Origin: Clostridia bacterium
Lineage (GTDB): Bacteria; Bacillota; Clostridia; Christensenellales; CAG-1252
Direction: 5' to 3'
Assembly (NCBI GenBank): GCA_017444385.1
Contig: JAFSWQ010000008.1
Span: 5,004 to 69,003 of the forward strand
DNA: 64,000 nt
Shown: one piece after another, positions 27,474 through 38,300 of the stretch
Layout of the letters: each line of letters begins with the position of its first letter
Position numbering within the stretch: position 1 is the stretch's first letter
Notes under the pieces: generated by a model
The model's input: only the letters and a program-made list of their open reading frames with translations
Database searches by the model: none
What the model was told of the DNA's origin: nothing
Made by a program: the position numbers and the translations under genes

Positions 27474-27863
27474 GCACGTCATCCTGAGCAACGTCGAAGG
27501 ATCCCCTAACGCGAAGCGGTGGTTGCTTATAAGAGTATACAAATCGTAAGAGATGTTTCGACTACGCTCAACATGACGAGTAAAACATTTTAGTACGTCA
27601 TAGTGAGAAGGAAATAACCTCGCGAAGCGAGGGTCGAGCAAACGCTTGCGTTTGTGAGAAAGAGGAATAGGCAAGCAACCACGAAACCATTGTTAGATGG
27701 TGAGTAAAAGCGAAGCCTATGACGAGTCGAGGAATCCCCTAACAAGTGGTAATACACTTATAAAGAACAATTCGGTTGAGATGTTTCGACTACGCTCAAC
27801 ATGACTATTAAAAAGAGATGTTTCGACTACGCTCAACGTGAAGATAAAAAGAGCCGTTTCGAC
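27474..27863 (+). repeat. repeat cluster: S - A - T1 - A - A - partial A
   Basis: S 27474-27517, A 27546-27578, T1 27593-27742, A 27774-27805, A 27813-27843, partial A 27851-27863. Confidence 0.9.
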
Positions 27864-27879
27864 TAATTTAACCGAACGC

Positions 27880-28653
27880 TTAACTCTCTAAATACGCTCT
27901 TAACTTTTTGACCGCGCTGTTTTCAAGGCGGGAAACCTGCGCTTGCGATACGTTGCAGCTTTTGCTAACTTCGCTTTGCGTTTTGCCTTCGTAGTAACGT
28001 AAATCTATTATTTGTCTTTCTTTTTCGTTTAAGGTAGATAGAGCCGCCTCTAAATCGATTCTATCAACCCAATTGCTTTCTTTTTCGGTTTTATCGGCTA
28101 TTTGATCCATAACGAGGACGTCCTCGCCGTCCGAAAAAGCGGGTTCGTAGAGGGATATTGGATCGGATATAGCGTCCAACGCTTCGCAAACGAGGGAAAC
28201 GGGTATGTCTACGTCGGCGGCTATCTCGGTTAGAGTCGGCTCTTTGAGCCCCAACTCGGAAAACTTGTTCCGTGATTGCATCACCTTATACGCGACGTCG
28301 CGCATCTTTCGCGATACCTTTACCGAAGTGTTTTCTCTTAAAAACCTGCGTATCTCGCCGATAATCATAGGTACGGCGTAAGTGGAAAACATAACCCCGT
28401 ATTTTAAGTTGAAATTGTTGTAGGCTTTCGTTAGCCCCAAACACCCCACTTGAAAAACGTCGTCCGCAAGAGAGGGCTGAAAGTCGAACCTGTGAAGAAT
28501 GGAAAGAACTAATCTTTGGTTGCAATACAAAAAGCGTTTTCTCGCTTCGTCGTCACCGTTTTTGGCTCTTGCGATGAGTTCCGATGATTCTTTATTCGAT
28601 AGTTTTGGGATTTTATCGGTATCAACGCCCGATATAAAAACTTTGTAATTCAT
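27880..28653 (-). CDS. sigG: RNA polymerase sporulation sigma factor SigG
   Basis: ISGVDTDKIPKLSN, FSTYAVPMIIGEIRRFLR and VSQAQVSRLE match forespore SigG from memory. SigF cannot be fully excluded. Confidence 0.8.
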   Translation of the reverse strand: MNYKVFISGVDTDKIPKLSNKESSELIARAKNGDDEARKRFLYCNQRLVLSILHRFDFQPSLADDVFQVGCLGLTKAYNNFNLKYGVMFSTYAVPMIIGEIRRFLRENTSVKVSRKMRDVAYKVMQSRNKFSELGLKEPTLTEIAADVDIPVSLVCEALDAISDPISLYEPAFSDGEDVLVMDQIADKTEKESNWVDRIDLEAALSTLNEKERQIIDLRYYEGKTQSEVSKSCNVSQAQVSRLENSAVKKLRAYLES

Positions 28654-28668
28654 TTTTCACCTCTAAAT

Positions 28669-28697
28669 AAGTATCGCCAAATATCGATAAAATATTC
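28669..28697 (-). promoter_or_regulatory. candidate forespore (sigma-F/sigma-G type) promoter of sigG
   Basis: The minus strand reads GAATA - 14 nt - GGCGATACTT, fitting GnATA...GGnnAnAnT / CATnnTA-type forespore promoters. An AGAGGTGA RBS follows. Confidence 0.35.
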
Positions 28698-28726
28698 GGG
28701 GGAATAGTCGCGTGTATATATTTTTA

Positions 28727-29010
28727 GGAAGAGAGGTTTCGACTACAAACGCAGTATTTTTTCATTGAACCACGAATTGTCGTGAGCGGGTTATAGTACG
28801 TAATCCTAAATTGGAAAAACCTCGCGAAGCGAGGCTCGAGCAAACGCAAAACGTTTGAGAGAAAGAGGAATAGGCAAGCAACAACGAAACCATCGTTAGA
28901 TGGTGAGTAAAAGCGAAGCCTATGACGAGTCGAGGGATCCCCTAAAAAGGGGTAATTCAATTATTAAATCACTAATAGGATGAGATGTTTCGACTTCGCT
29001 CAACATGACG
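28727..29010 (+). repeat. repeat cluster: truncated A - T1 - A
   Basis: Truncated A 28727-28746, T1 28796-28945, A 28978-29010. Confidence 0.9.
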
Positions 29011-29136
29011 AAAAAAATTGGCTTATCTATATGAAGAGAAACAGCTGAAAAAGACGTATTATTTTTTATCCAAATAAAATGATTTAATAAGATAAACCCT
29101 TGTAATAAAACGAATTCTTAAACAATATAATCTAAT

Positions 29137-29391
29137 ATGGATATAACTTTTTGCGAATTGAGAAATAAAGACGTAGTGAACGTTTCGGACGGCAAAAAAC
29201 TCGGTAGAATTATAGATTTGAGTATGAGTACTTCGGGTCAGGTTTTGGGGTTGATACTACCCGGCGACAAGTCGGTTTTCAAAACGGTTGTCAACGCGAC
29301 GAGCGTTTTCGTACCGTGGCGTTGTATTTGCAAAATAGGCGACGACGCTATACTTGTTAATATAGAGTCTCGCGGGTTTTTATCTTGCTGA
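29137..29391 (+). CDS. YlmC/YmxH family sporulation protein (PRC-barrel)
   Basis: 84 aa. CELRNKDVVNVSDGKKLGRIIDL is typical of the YlmC/YmxH family. Confidence 0.75.
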   Translation: MDITFCELRNKDVVNVSDGKKLGRIIDLSMSTSGQVLGLILPGDKSVFKTVVNATSVFVPWRCICKIGDDAILVNIESRGFLSC

Positions 29392-29523
29392 AAAACTCGT
29401 GAATAGAATAGCTAACGGTTTATATCGTGTTACCGTACTTTAACAATATCGGCTTTCGATTATTAGTTTAATATCCTTCTATCTATTATAACATCTTTAA
29501 TAATTCATCGACGATTACCTTTT

Positions 29524-29554
29524 TACGACGGCAATACTCCGCCGTAGTTTTTTT
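29524..29554 (+). terminator. intrinsic terminator downstream of ylmC
   Basis: TACGACGG-CAATACT-CCGCCGTA hairpin (one mismatch) followed by a T8 run. Confidence 0.55.
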
Positions 29555-29587
29555 ATAACAATTTATCGAGAAAAAGTATTGATTTTC

Positions 29588-29617
29588 TTGCTAAACCACA
29601 ATATATTGTGGTAGAAT
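29588..29617 (+). promoter_or_regulatory. candidate nrdR promoter
   Basis: TTGCTA (29588-29593), 18-nt spacer, TGgTAGAAT (29609-29617). Confidence 0.5.
29596..29611. promoter_or_regulatory. NrdR box (perfect 16-bp palindrome) within the nrdR promoter spacer
   Basis: CCACAATATATTGTGG matches the NrdR-box consensus acaCwAtATaTwGtgt recalled from comparative genomics. Confidence 0.55.
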
Positions 29618-29634
29618 AATCTCGAGGTGAATAT

Positions 29635-30096
29635 ATGAGATGTAAATATTGCGGTAGTTATAACAGTAAAGTAATAGATAGTAGACTCTCGGACGACGGA
29701 ATGCAGATTAGAAGAAGAAGAGAGTGTACCGATTGCGGCAAGCGTTTCACCACGCACGAAACTATGGAAGATACCCCCGTCTACGTCATCAAGAAAAACG
29801 GCGGCAGGCAGGATTTCGATATATCCAAAGTAAGAGCGGGTATCGTCAAAGCGTGCGAGAAACGCCCCGTTCCCATCGCTAAAATCGACGCGTTGTTAAA
29901 CAATATCGAAAACGAGATACACGGCTCGAATAATAACGAGATTTCCAGCGAAAAGATAGGCAATATGGTAATGATGGGGCTTAAAGATATCGACGACGTC
30001 GCGTACATAAGATACGCGAGCGTGTACAAAGAGTTCAAAGACGTCGATACCTTTATGAAGATAATCTCGGATATCATAACCGACAAACGCGGCTAA
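29635..30096 (+). CDS. nrdR: transcriptional repressor NrdR
   Basis: MRCKYCG...CTDCGKRFTT zinc ribbon followed by an ATP-cone. 153 aa. Confidence 0.95.
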   Translation: MRCKYCGSYNSKVIDSRLSDDGMQIRRRRECTDCGKRFTTHETMEDTPVYVIKKNGGRQDFDISKVRAGIVKACEKRPVPIAKIDALLNNIENEIHGSNNNEISSEKIGNMVMMGLKDIDDVAYIRYASVYKEFKDVDTFMKIISDIITDKRG

Positions 30097-30099
30097 GGT

Positions 30100-30924
30100 A
30101 TGGCGAACGATTATTTGACGCGGAAAATACAAAAAAACGGCGCGTTATCCAAGGTCTTATCTTTGAGTTATCCCGAATTCCCGTATAACCTTTTGATGAA
30201 GTTGCTAAGGAAAAAGGACGTCTTTCTTAACGGGAAAAGGGTAGCGGACGCGTCGGCGGAAGTCGGCGACGAAGTGCGGATTTTTATTAAACCCAACGCT
30301 ATAAACTTAAAAACGCTTTTTATAAACGAGGATATCCTCGCGGTCTACAAGCCCAAAGGGGTAAGTAGCGACGGCGAGTATTCTTTTGCGTCATTGGTTG
30401 CTTTCGTCTATGAAAACGCCGTACTTTTGCATAGATTAGATACCAATACCGACGGCATTTTATTGTTCGCTCTTAATCCTCGCGCCGAGGAGCTACTATT
30501 ATACGCGATGATGAAAGGGGAAGTGATAAAAGAGTATAGGGCGGTGGTTTACGGCGAGGCTCGATTCAAAAACGCGACGTTAACGAATTACCTTTTGAAA
30601 GACTCGAAAGCGGGTAAAGTGAAGATTTACGATAACCACGTTAAAAACGCCGAGAAGGTCACGTTAGAAGCCACTACCATTTCGATTAAAGACGGGCTTT
30701 CCACTTTGAAAGTGATAATTCACGGCGGTAAAACCCACCAAATAAGAGCGCAACTCGCGGCAAACGGCTATTTTATCATAGGCGACGGTAAGTATGGGGA
30801 CGATAGAATAAACCGCCTTTACGGCAAAAAAAGTCAAGAGCTTACCGCCGTCAAAGTGACTTTCGCCTTATCGAACGATCCGCTCAACTTAAACGGCATA
30901 GTGATAACTCTCGACGATAATTGA
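30100..30924 (+). CDS. RluA-family pseudouridine synthase (S4-like N-terminus)
   Basis: Catalytic motif HRLDTNTDGILLFA. GKTHQIRAQL motif. Confidence 0.85.
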   Translation: MANDYLTRKIQKNGALSKVLSLSYPEFPYNLLMKLLRKKDVFLNGKRVADASAEVGDEVRIFIKPNAINLKTLFINEDILAVYKPKGVSSDGEYSFASLVAFVYENAVLLHRLDTNTDGILLFALNPRAEELLLYAMMKGEVIKEYRAVVYGEARFKNATLTNYLLKDSKAGKVKIYDNHVKNAEKVTLEATTISIKDGLSTLKVIIHGGKTHQIRAQLAANGYFIIGDGKYGDDRINRLYGKKSQELTAVKVTFALSNDPLNLNGIVITLDDN

Positions 30925-31118
30925 CAAGAACGTTCAATCAAAATACGTTATTATAATTATCTCCATCTAAAAACAATATTTATTCGTTATAAATAAAAAG
31001 GGTTATTTCGCTTTATCAAAAAGACGAAGAATAATTGTTTCGTCAAATTGATCGGAGTGTAAGAGCAGAAATATCCCAATAAATTTACTATTTTATTCTT
31101 GATTTCTTTTTTAGAAGA

Positions 31119-31796
31119 TTAAAGATCGGTTCCCGTCGTAATAAGGTGGTTTTTAAGTTTAAGAAGAGCCTTTTTCTCAATGCGGGAAACGTAAGAGCGC
31201 GAGATATTCATCTTAGTCGCGATTTCTCTTTGATGCCTTTTTTCCACGCCGAAAAGACCGTATCGCAAAACGATGACCGCGTATTCGCGTTTGGTGAGCG
31301 AAGCCTTCATCGCCTTCTTTAATTCGGTCGTCAAAACTTCGTTTTCAAGCGACTCGGAAACGCTGTAATTCTCGTCCGAAAGGGTGTCCGAAAGGGATAT
31401 CTCGTTGCCTTCTTTGTCCGAGCCTATCGTCATAAAAAGGGATACGTTCCTCGCGTTTTTCTTGTTTGCGCGAAGATACATTAGTATCTCGTTCACGATG
31501 CATTTAGCGGCGTAGGTGGAAAACCTAACGTTTTTATCCGCGTCGAAAGTGTTTACCGCTTTGATAAGTCCGATTGACCCCACGCTTATCAATTCGTCTT
31601 GGTCGGAAGAGGGGTAACGCTTCGCGATATGTACCACAAGCCGCATATTGTGCGCGACCAGTTCGTTTTGCGCTTCCTTGTCACCGCGTTTCATTCTCTC
31701 GAAAAGGCTTTTTTCGTCGCTTTTTTCAAGAGGGGTAAGGAAACCGTTCCCTTCGGCTAACGGAGAGAAAAAAGGTTTTAAGTCGATAATTGTCAT
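31119..31796 (-). CDS. sigK: RNA polymerase sporulation sigma factor SigK (uninterrupted, with pro-sequence)
   Basis: HNMRLVVHIAKRY, KCIVNEILMYLRA, DKEGNEISLSDTLSDEN and ISRSYVSRIEKKAL resemble B. subtilis SigK from memory. No obvious SD sequence upstream. Confidence 0.75.
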   Translation of the reverse strand: MTIIDLKPFFSPLAEGNGFLTPLEKSDEKSLFERMKRGDKEAQNELVAHNMRLVVHIAKRYPSSDQDELISVGSIGLIKAVNTFDADKNVRFSTYAAKCIVNEILMYLRANKKNARNVSLFMTIGSDKEGNEISLSDTLSDENYSVSESLENEVLTTELKKAMKASLTKREYAVIVLRYGLFGVEKRHQREIATKMNISRSYVSRIEKKALLKLKNHLITTGTDL

Positions 31797-31849
31797 AATA
31801 AAGTATATTCGCGATTTTTGTCTTTGTTGTTTGTCCCTCTATATTTCGC

Positions 31850-31878
31850 TTGAAATTTTTTGAAGAGCGTGGTAAAAT
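31850..31878 (+). promoter_or_regulatory. candidate rnpB promoter
   Basis: TTGAAA (31850-31855), 17 nt, TGgTAAAAT (31870-31878). The predicted transcription start is about 31885, which equals the start of the P1 helix. Confidence 0.55.
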
Positions 31879-31884
31879 AAAAAG

Positions 31885-32197
31885 GCAAGTCAACCAGGCG
31901 ATCGCACGCAAGTGAGGAAAGTCCGAGCACCACAGGACGAGAGCGCCGGCTAACTACCGGTGGAGGCGACTTCAAGGAAAGTGCAACAGAAATATACCGC
32001 GGAAACGCAAGGGTGGAAAGGCGAGGTAAGAGCTCACCGCTTGAAAGGTAACTTTCGAGGCAATGTAAACCCCGCTCGGTGCAAGTAAGGGAGGCTAAAG
32101 CTGTCCGCCACTCCCGAATACGCTAGAACCTATCGGTAACGATAGGTCAAGAAAGATGACCGCCAAATACAGAACTCGGCTTATAGATTGGTCTTGC
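31885..32197 (+). ncRNA. rnpB: RNase P RNA, bacterial type A
   Basis: P4 strands GAGGAAAGTCCGAGC (31913-) and ACAGAACTCGGCTTAT (32170-). Type A blocks AGTGCAACAGAAA, GGTAAGAGCTCACCGC and GTAAACCCCGCTCGGTGCAAG. 5' GCAAG pairs with 3' CTTGC (P1). A promoter and a terminator flank it. Confidence 0.92.
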
Positions 32198-32202
32198 AAA
32201 AA

Positions 32203-32228
32203 TCGCGAACTCGCTTCGCGGTTTTTTT
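32203..32228 (+). terminator. intrinsic terminator of rnpB
   Basis: CGCGAA-CTCGC-TTCGCG hairpin followed by a T7 run. Confidence 0.6.
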
Positions 32229-32290
32229 ATGTGAAAGTCTATGCTTTTTATATTTGAAAAATAATTGTATATGATAATTCTTTTCAAAGC

Positions 32291-32304
32291 GGAAGAGACG
32301 TTTC
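32291..32304 (+). repeat. truncated A-unit remnant
   Basis: GGAAGAGACGTTTC matches the first 14 nt of the A unit, after which similarity ends. Confidence 0.4.
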
Positions 32305-32377
32305 AAAGTGGGAAAACAAAAAATAAACGGTAAAAGAAAGCGAATACTCACCCCGTCGACTCGTCAATAATCGAATT

Positions 32378-35300
32378 ATGATATACGCGATTATTGTGCT
32401 TTCAACGGCGACGGTGGTTTTCGGTATTTGCGCGGTTATATTCAAAAACGCCTATCCCGTAGTTTTCGAGAACTTTGAGCGGCTCGTCGAGGGGATAAAG
32501 ACGGTCGAGCGAGGGGGTAGGGGGCTAAATCTCTCTAAATACCGCCGAATCCTTAAAAACGCTCAAAAGTCGATTTCCGCAAAAGATCGTAAGGATACGT
32601 ATTCCTTTGAAAAATGGATAGTCGATAACTATTTCGTGGTTTACGAGGCGTTGAAACGGGTGAATTTACGCTCTCTTCCGCACGTTCAAGGCGTGCCGCG
32701 GGTGTATTTGATCGCCGAATTCTTCGTCGCAAACGAGATGGGCAAGGCGGAAAACTTCATATCCTTCGTTAAAGATTTGGAAAGGACGGTTAGCCTCGAT
32801 TTCAGCGAGATAGTCGCTCTGCCTACCGCGTTAAAAATAGCGGAAGCCGTAGCGGTCGTCACTGCCGCCGAATATTCTTTGCGATTCGATAAAGAAAAAC
32901 GCGAGCTTTCGGGAAAAGAGAGTTTGAACGATAAAACTCCTTCTTACGTTTCCTTTTACGCGGAAAAGTACGAAGTGGAAGATAGCTTTTTATCATTCGT
33001 AAGAGAGGCGAAAGAGTCCTTCGTTTCCTTGCAAATTTACTTGGAACGTAAAACGAGCGTAGCCGTCGAGAATATCAAAAACGTTTATAAAGTATCGGTT
33101 TTAAGGACGTATGAAACGCTTTGCTCTTCTAACTCTCAACTTAAAAACACGGATAATTACGATGATCTCTCTCGCCCCACGCAAATAGAGTATTTACGCA
33201 GGATAAGCGAGATATCGAACGCGCTGAACGTCCCCGAATCCGCCGTTTGCGAGTCGGCTATATTTTTATCGCGCAGCTTGAAAGAGGACGTGAGCCGAGT
33301 ATTGTTCGACAAGAAACTCTTGAAAAACTATATCGAAAAGGGCAAAATCAAACGCGAGAAAAACCGTAAGAAGCCCGTATATATCGCTCTCGTTTTCATT
33401 CTTGCGGGTGTTATCGGCTTGTCGCCTCTAACTCTCTCACGAACGCTACTCGATATAGTATTTTCCATCGTCCTATTTATATGTTCGATAAAGCCTATGG
33501 AACTACTTTTGAAACGGCTCTTTTCTCTTGCGAAAAAGCCGCCCGTGTTCGCTATGGGGTACAAGAAAGTACCCGAAAACGCCGAAACCGTCGTGGTTGT
33601 GCCTATCTACGTCAGCGGGGAAGAGGGTTTGAAATCGGGATACGAAAAGATACGCGCGCTATCGTTCAACACCTCGGACGAAAGGGTGCAATACTGTTTG
33701 CTCGTCGACCTGCCTAAAAGCCGTGAAGAGAAGACCACGCTCGACGAAACTCTATTAACTTACGCCAAAACCCTATTCGAGAAGGACGATAGGGTAATTG
33801 TCTACGTCCGCAAAAAGAGCGAGGAAGACGGCGTTTTCTTGGGAAAAGAGAGGAAAAGGGGCGCGCTACTTGACTTTTTCGAGAGCGAGATAAGCGGCAA
33901 TACGGACAAGTTTCTTTATTGCAGTAAGAAACTTACGGGCGCGAAATTCGCGGTGATTTTGGACGAGGATAACGAGATCTTACCCGATACGATATTGAAT
34001 TCAATTAACACCTTTTTGCACCCTTACAACGCGGATTACGATCTATTGAGTTACGGCGCGAAGATAAATAAATATTCCATCACGACCATATATTCGAAGA
34101 GGTACTCGGAAGACGGAAGCGTGGATTGCTACCCCTGTTACAACGACTTTTACGCGGACGTTTTCGGCGAGGCTGTGTTCTGCGGTAAGGGTATAATCAA
34201 GATATCTTCCTTCTATCGAAAGGTTTTGGACGCGTTCCCCGAAAAGCGTATTTTAAGCCACGATATAATAGAGGGCGCAACCGCGAAATGCGGTAGTTTA
34301 CGGCAAAGTATCTTCGAGGACGCCCCTCAAAACTTCAAAGCCGACGTCACGCGAACCTTTCGCTGGCAAAGAGGGGACGTTTTATTGCTACCTTATCTCT
34401 CTCGCCGCGTAATAGACGCGAATAACGAAAAAAGAAGCAACAATATAAGCGGAATTTATAAGCTTATAATTCTTGTAAACGGATTAGAGCCAATAAGAAA
34501 TACCCTACTGCTTGCGTTGGCGTTTTTAGCGTGTTTCGCAAAAGCCTATCACCTATTAGGCTTCCTCGCGCTATCCACCTCGCTGCCTTTTTTAATCGAC
34601 GGTTTGAGGTCGCTGAAATTCGGCAAGGTGAGGTTAAGATATATTTTACGCGATTTGGGTAGGCTATTTTCTCACGCTTTCGAACGCTTTTTCTTTCTGC
34701 CGTTTTATGCGGTAGAGGGGGCGAGAGTTTTCTTTTCCACGATATTCGGCTCGGCGTTTTCAAAGAAGTCATTGATAAATTGGACGCCTTATAAGAACAC
34801 GCAAAAGAAAAACGGACTACTCGCTTACGTGCGCCTTTTCGCGCCGAGCAAAGTGGTAATGTCTATATTGGGCGTATTGTCTTTCGACCCCTACTTTTTG
34901 GCGTTCGCCGCGGTGTACGTTTTGTACGCTTTTATAGTCTACAAAGGGGGTACGATAGGGATAAAACACGACGAAAGAGAGCAGACCACATTAAAAGAAG
35001 TCGGGAAAGCCACTTTCGACTTTTTCGCTAAAACCCTCGTCAACGACCTACCGCGTGACAATATTCAGATTTCGCCTAAAACCAAACAAACGTTTATGAC
35101 GAGCCCCACCGACGTAGGCTTTTATCTAATGTCTTTGGTATGCGGTGTAGAGCTTGGGTATATTTCAGCTAAAATCGCCGACGAAAGAATAGAAAAAACG
35201 CTAACTCGCCTCGATTCGCTCGAAAAGTATCGCGGTCACCTCTATAATTGGTACGACGTTGAAACCCTTAAACCCCTACCGCCCAAACGCATTTCTTCCG

Positions 35301-38300
35301 CCGATAGCGGGAATTTTACGGCGTGTATGACGGTGGTAAGAGAGTATTTTAAGCGGAAAGGGGACGAAAAACGCGCGCTAGGAGTGAAATCCTACCTCTC
35401 CCCCGATTATTCGTTTTTATTCGATAACGATAAACGTTTATTGAATATCGCATACTACGTCGACGAGAATAGGGCGGAAGGCGTTTACGATATTTTCGAG
35501 AGCGAAGCGCGCCTTGCGTACTACGTCGCAATTTCGTTAGGGATTCCGAGCGAGGCGTGGTTTAACCTCGGTAGAAGTTTTATAAAGGACTACGGAAACA
35601 CGCGTTTGAGTTGGGGCGGCTCGCTTTTCGAGTACCTTATGCCCTCGATTTTCCTCAAACCGCCATTTTATTCTATGCAATATAAGTCCGAGCGAAACGC
35701 TTTTTATATCCATAAAAAGAAAACGGGGCTTTGGGGCGCTTCGGAAAGTTGTTTCAATGCGTTCGACGCCGAAACTCGCTATAAATACGAACTTCACGGT
35801 AACGGAAAATTGTCGATGAAGTACGACCTTATTGAAACAGTTTATTCGCCGTATTCTGCGTGTCTTTGCCTGCCTTACTCAAGGGGCGAAGTGGGGGAAG
35901 TTTTAAGGGAATATATCTCTTTGGGCGGATTTACCGAACGAGGTTTAGTCGAGAGTTGGGACGGTAAAAAAATCGACGTTTATATGACTCACCATCAAGG
36001 AATGATACTCGCCGCTATTACGAATTACCTGTGCGATGACGCGGTGAGCGAACTCTTTTTCGCAGCCGACGAGATGAGGGCGTTGAGGCTAATTAACGCC
36101 GAGCCGTACGAAAGAGCGTCGGGTTATTTGAAGAATTACAAGCGTAAAGAATACGCCGAAAAATCCCTTCCCAAAGTGTACGGCGATAACCTTTCCCCGT
36201 ACGCAACTTTGCTTACCGACGGCGCGTTCTCTTCGTTTAACACCGCCGACGGGGAAAGCCGAATATCTCTAAATAACCTGCTTTTATCCCCCGTTTACGA
36301 TAACCCGAATAGGTTGAGCGGGCGTTCCCTCGTCTTTGAAAAAGGCGGTGTGAAGTACGACCCGTTATCAAGTTGTTCGGTGATTTTGGGCGGGGATTCC
36401 TTCGAGAGAATAGGCGAAGAAGCCAAAGAAAAAGTCAAACTTATACCCGAAACGAGAGGGGAAATAAGACGTATAAGGATAAAGGGGAAGTCGGACGAGC
36501 GAATAGACCTTTCTTATTACTTCGACGTTTGCTTGCAAACCCCCGACGAAACCCATTCCCATCGTGGGTTTTACGACCTTTTCGTGACGAGCAAAGTAAG
36601 CGAGAATTATGCGGTTTATAGGCGGAAAAACCTCGATAACGTCGCGGTCATAGTAAAGGTTATTGGGCTTGACGATCTCGCGATAAATACGAATAAGCAA
36701 AACGTATTAGAGCGCAATAATACCTTTTTAGAAAGTCGGCTAACCGTTTCTAACGACAAATACCCCTCGTCGGGGGACGTCGTTTTCCCGTGTTTCGCGT
36801 GTAAGGGAGGCGTGGATATAAAGGAAAACGAAGAGAAAGACGTTTATATTTTGACTGTCTTTGCCGAAACTATCGACGAGTGCGAGCGAATAGCCGAGAG
36901 GTACGACGAAGAACGCTTAAAGTATTCGTTCGATCTGTTCGACGTGGATAAAAGCAATATAATTAAGGAAACCATAGCCGAAAACTTCTCGAAAGAGGGC
37001 GCGGAATTATTATATAAAATATTCAAAACGCCGTTTAGCGAGGACTACTTGATAGACGATAAATTCGACGGAAAATACAGAATACTTTATTCGCGTAAGA
37101 AGTCTTCTTCGACTATAGAAGAAGCGTTGACTGCGGTCGCCTCGTTGAAATATCTATCTTTCCCCGCCGTATTGCACACTGTCGAACCCATTATAAAAGG
37201 ATTGCCTGTCGAGATCTCTAACGAGATAAGCGGATCGTTTTATTATTCTTTCGGCGAAGAGGTGGAAAGGCGGGTTAAAATCCCCGTACGCAAACTACCA
37301 AAACAGCGCGGTAAACGCGAAGGGTTGTTTAGCGGCGAGGGGTACGTACGAGAGGGCGCTTACGAAGTGGAATCCAAGGGCGAAAACACGCTACGCCCCT
37401 ATTCCAACGTGATCTGCGATAAGAGCGTAGGTGCGATCGTCACCGAAAACGGCGGCGGGTTTTCCTTCGCGGATAACTCAAGAGGAAGGAAGTTTACCGA
37501 GTGGTATAACGACGTATTTCTCGACACGCCTTCCGAGGACGTTTTGATTTATATAAACGGTCGTTTTTATCGCTTGAATTCTTCCTCGTCGGTTTGTACT
37601 CACTACGCCGAAAAGACCGAATTCGTTGCGACTATCGAGGGAATAAGGTTCGCGCTTTCGATCTATTGCGAAAACGGAAGGATAGTAAAATGCGTAAAAG
37701 CGTTGGGCAAAAACGCTCGTTTTTGCGTTATATTCGGCTACCGTTTTTCTCTTGATTGGAAGGAATCCCGCGCAGTGTATTGCAAGGAAAAGGATTTGGG
37801 GCGAATGGTTTTATTCAATAAAGAAAGTAAAATGCAAGCGGTTTTGACTCTCACCGACGGCGTGCCTTTCGCCGGGGAAAGTAACCTTTTGAAAGCCTTA
37901 AAAGGCGAGCCTTTCGGGTTTAGCGGGGGATATTTCGGGCTATACGTTTTCGGCTTGTCTTGCGAGAATAAAATATCGAGTTACGTTTGCGGTTTGTACA
38001 AAAAGGAATTCAAAAGCGGTAAAAAGAAAACGAACGAAACCTATCTGAAAACCAACGACGCATACCTTGATTTGCTGTTCAACGATTGGCTTTATAAGCA
38101 GTTTTACGATTGTCGCTTTCTCTCTCGCGCGTCATTCTATCAATGCGGCGGCGGTTACGGGTTTCGCGATCAGTTACAAGACTCTCTCGCCCTTTTATAT
38201 TCGAGCGAGGAAACCGTCCTAAATCATATCCTCGACTGTTGTTCTCATCAGTACGTCGAGGGGGACGTAATGCACTGGTGGCACCCGCCGCGCACGGGGG

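Noticed and set aside
27546-27863. Runs of A units (also 24829-25092) considered as a possible CRISPR array.
   Set aside because: The spacing between units is irregular (8 to >150 nt). The 'spacers' are themselves other repeat modules (S, T1). The units appear in both orientations and are scattered over 13 loci. No cas genes or leader are present.
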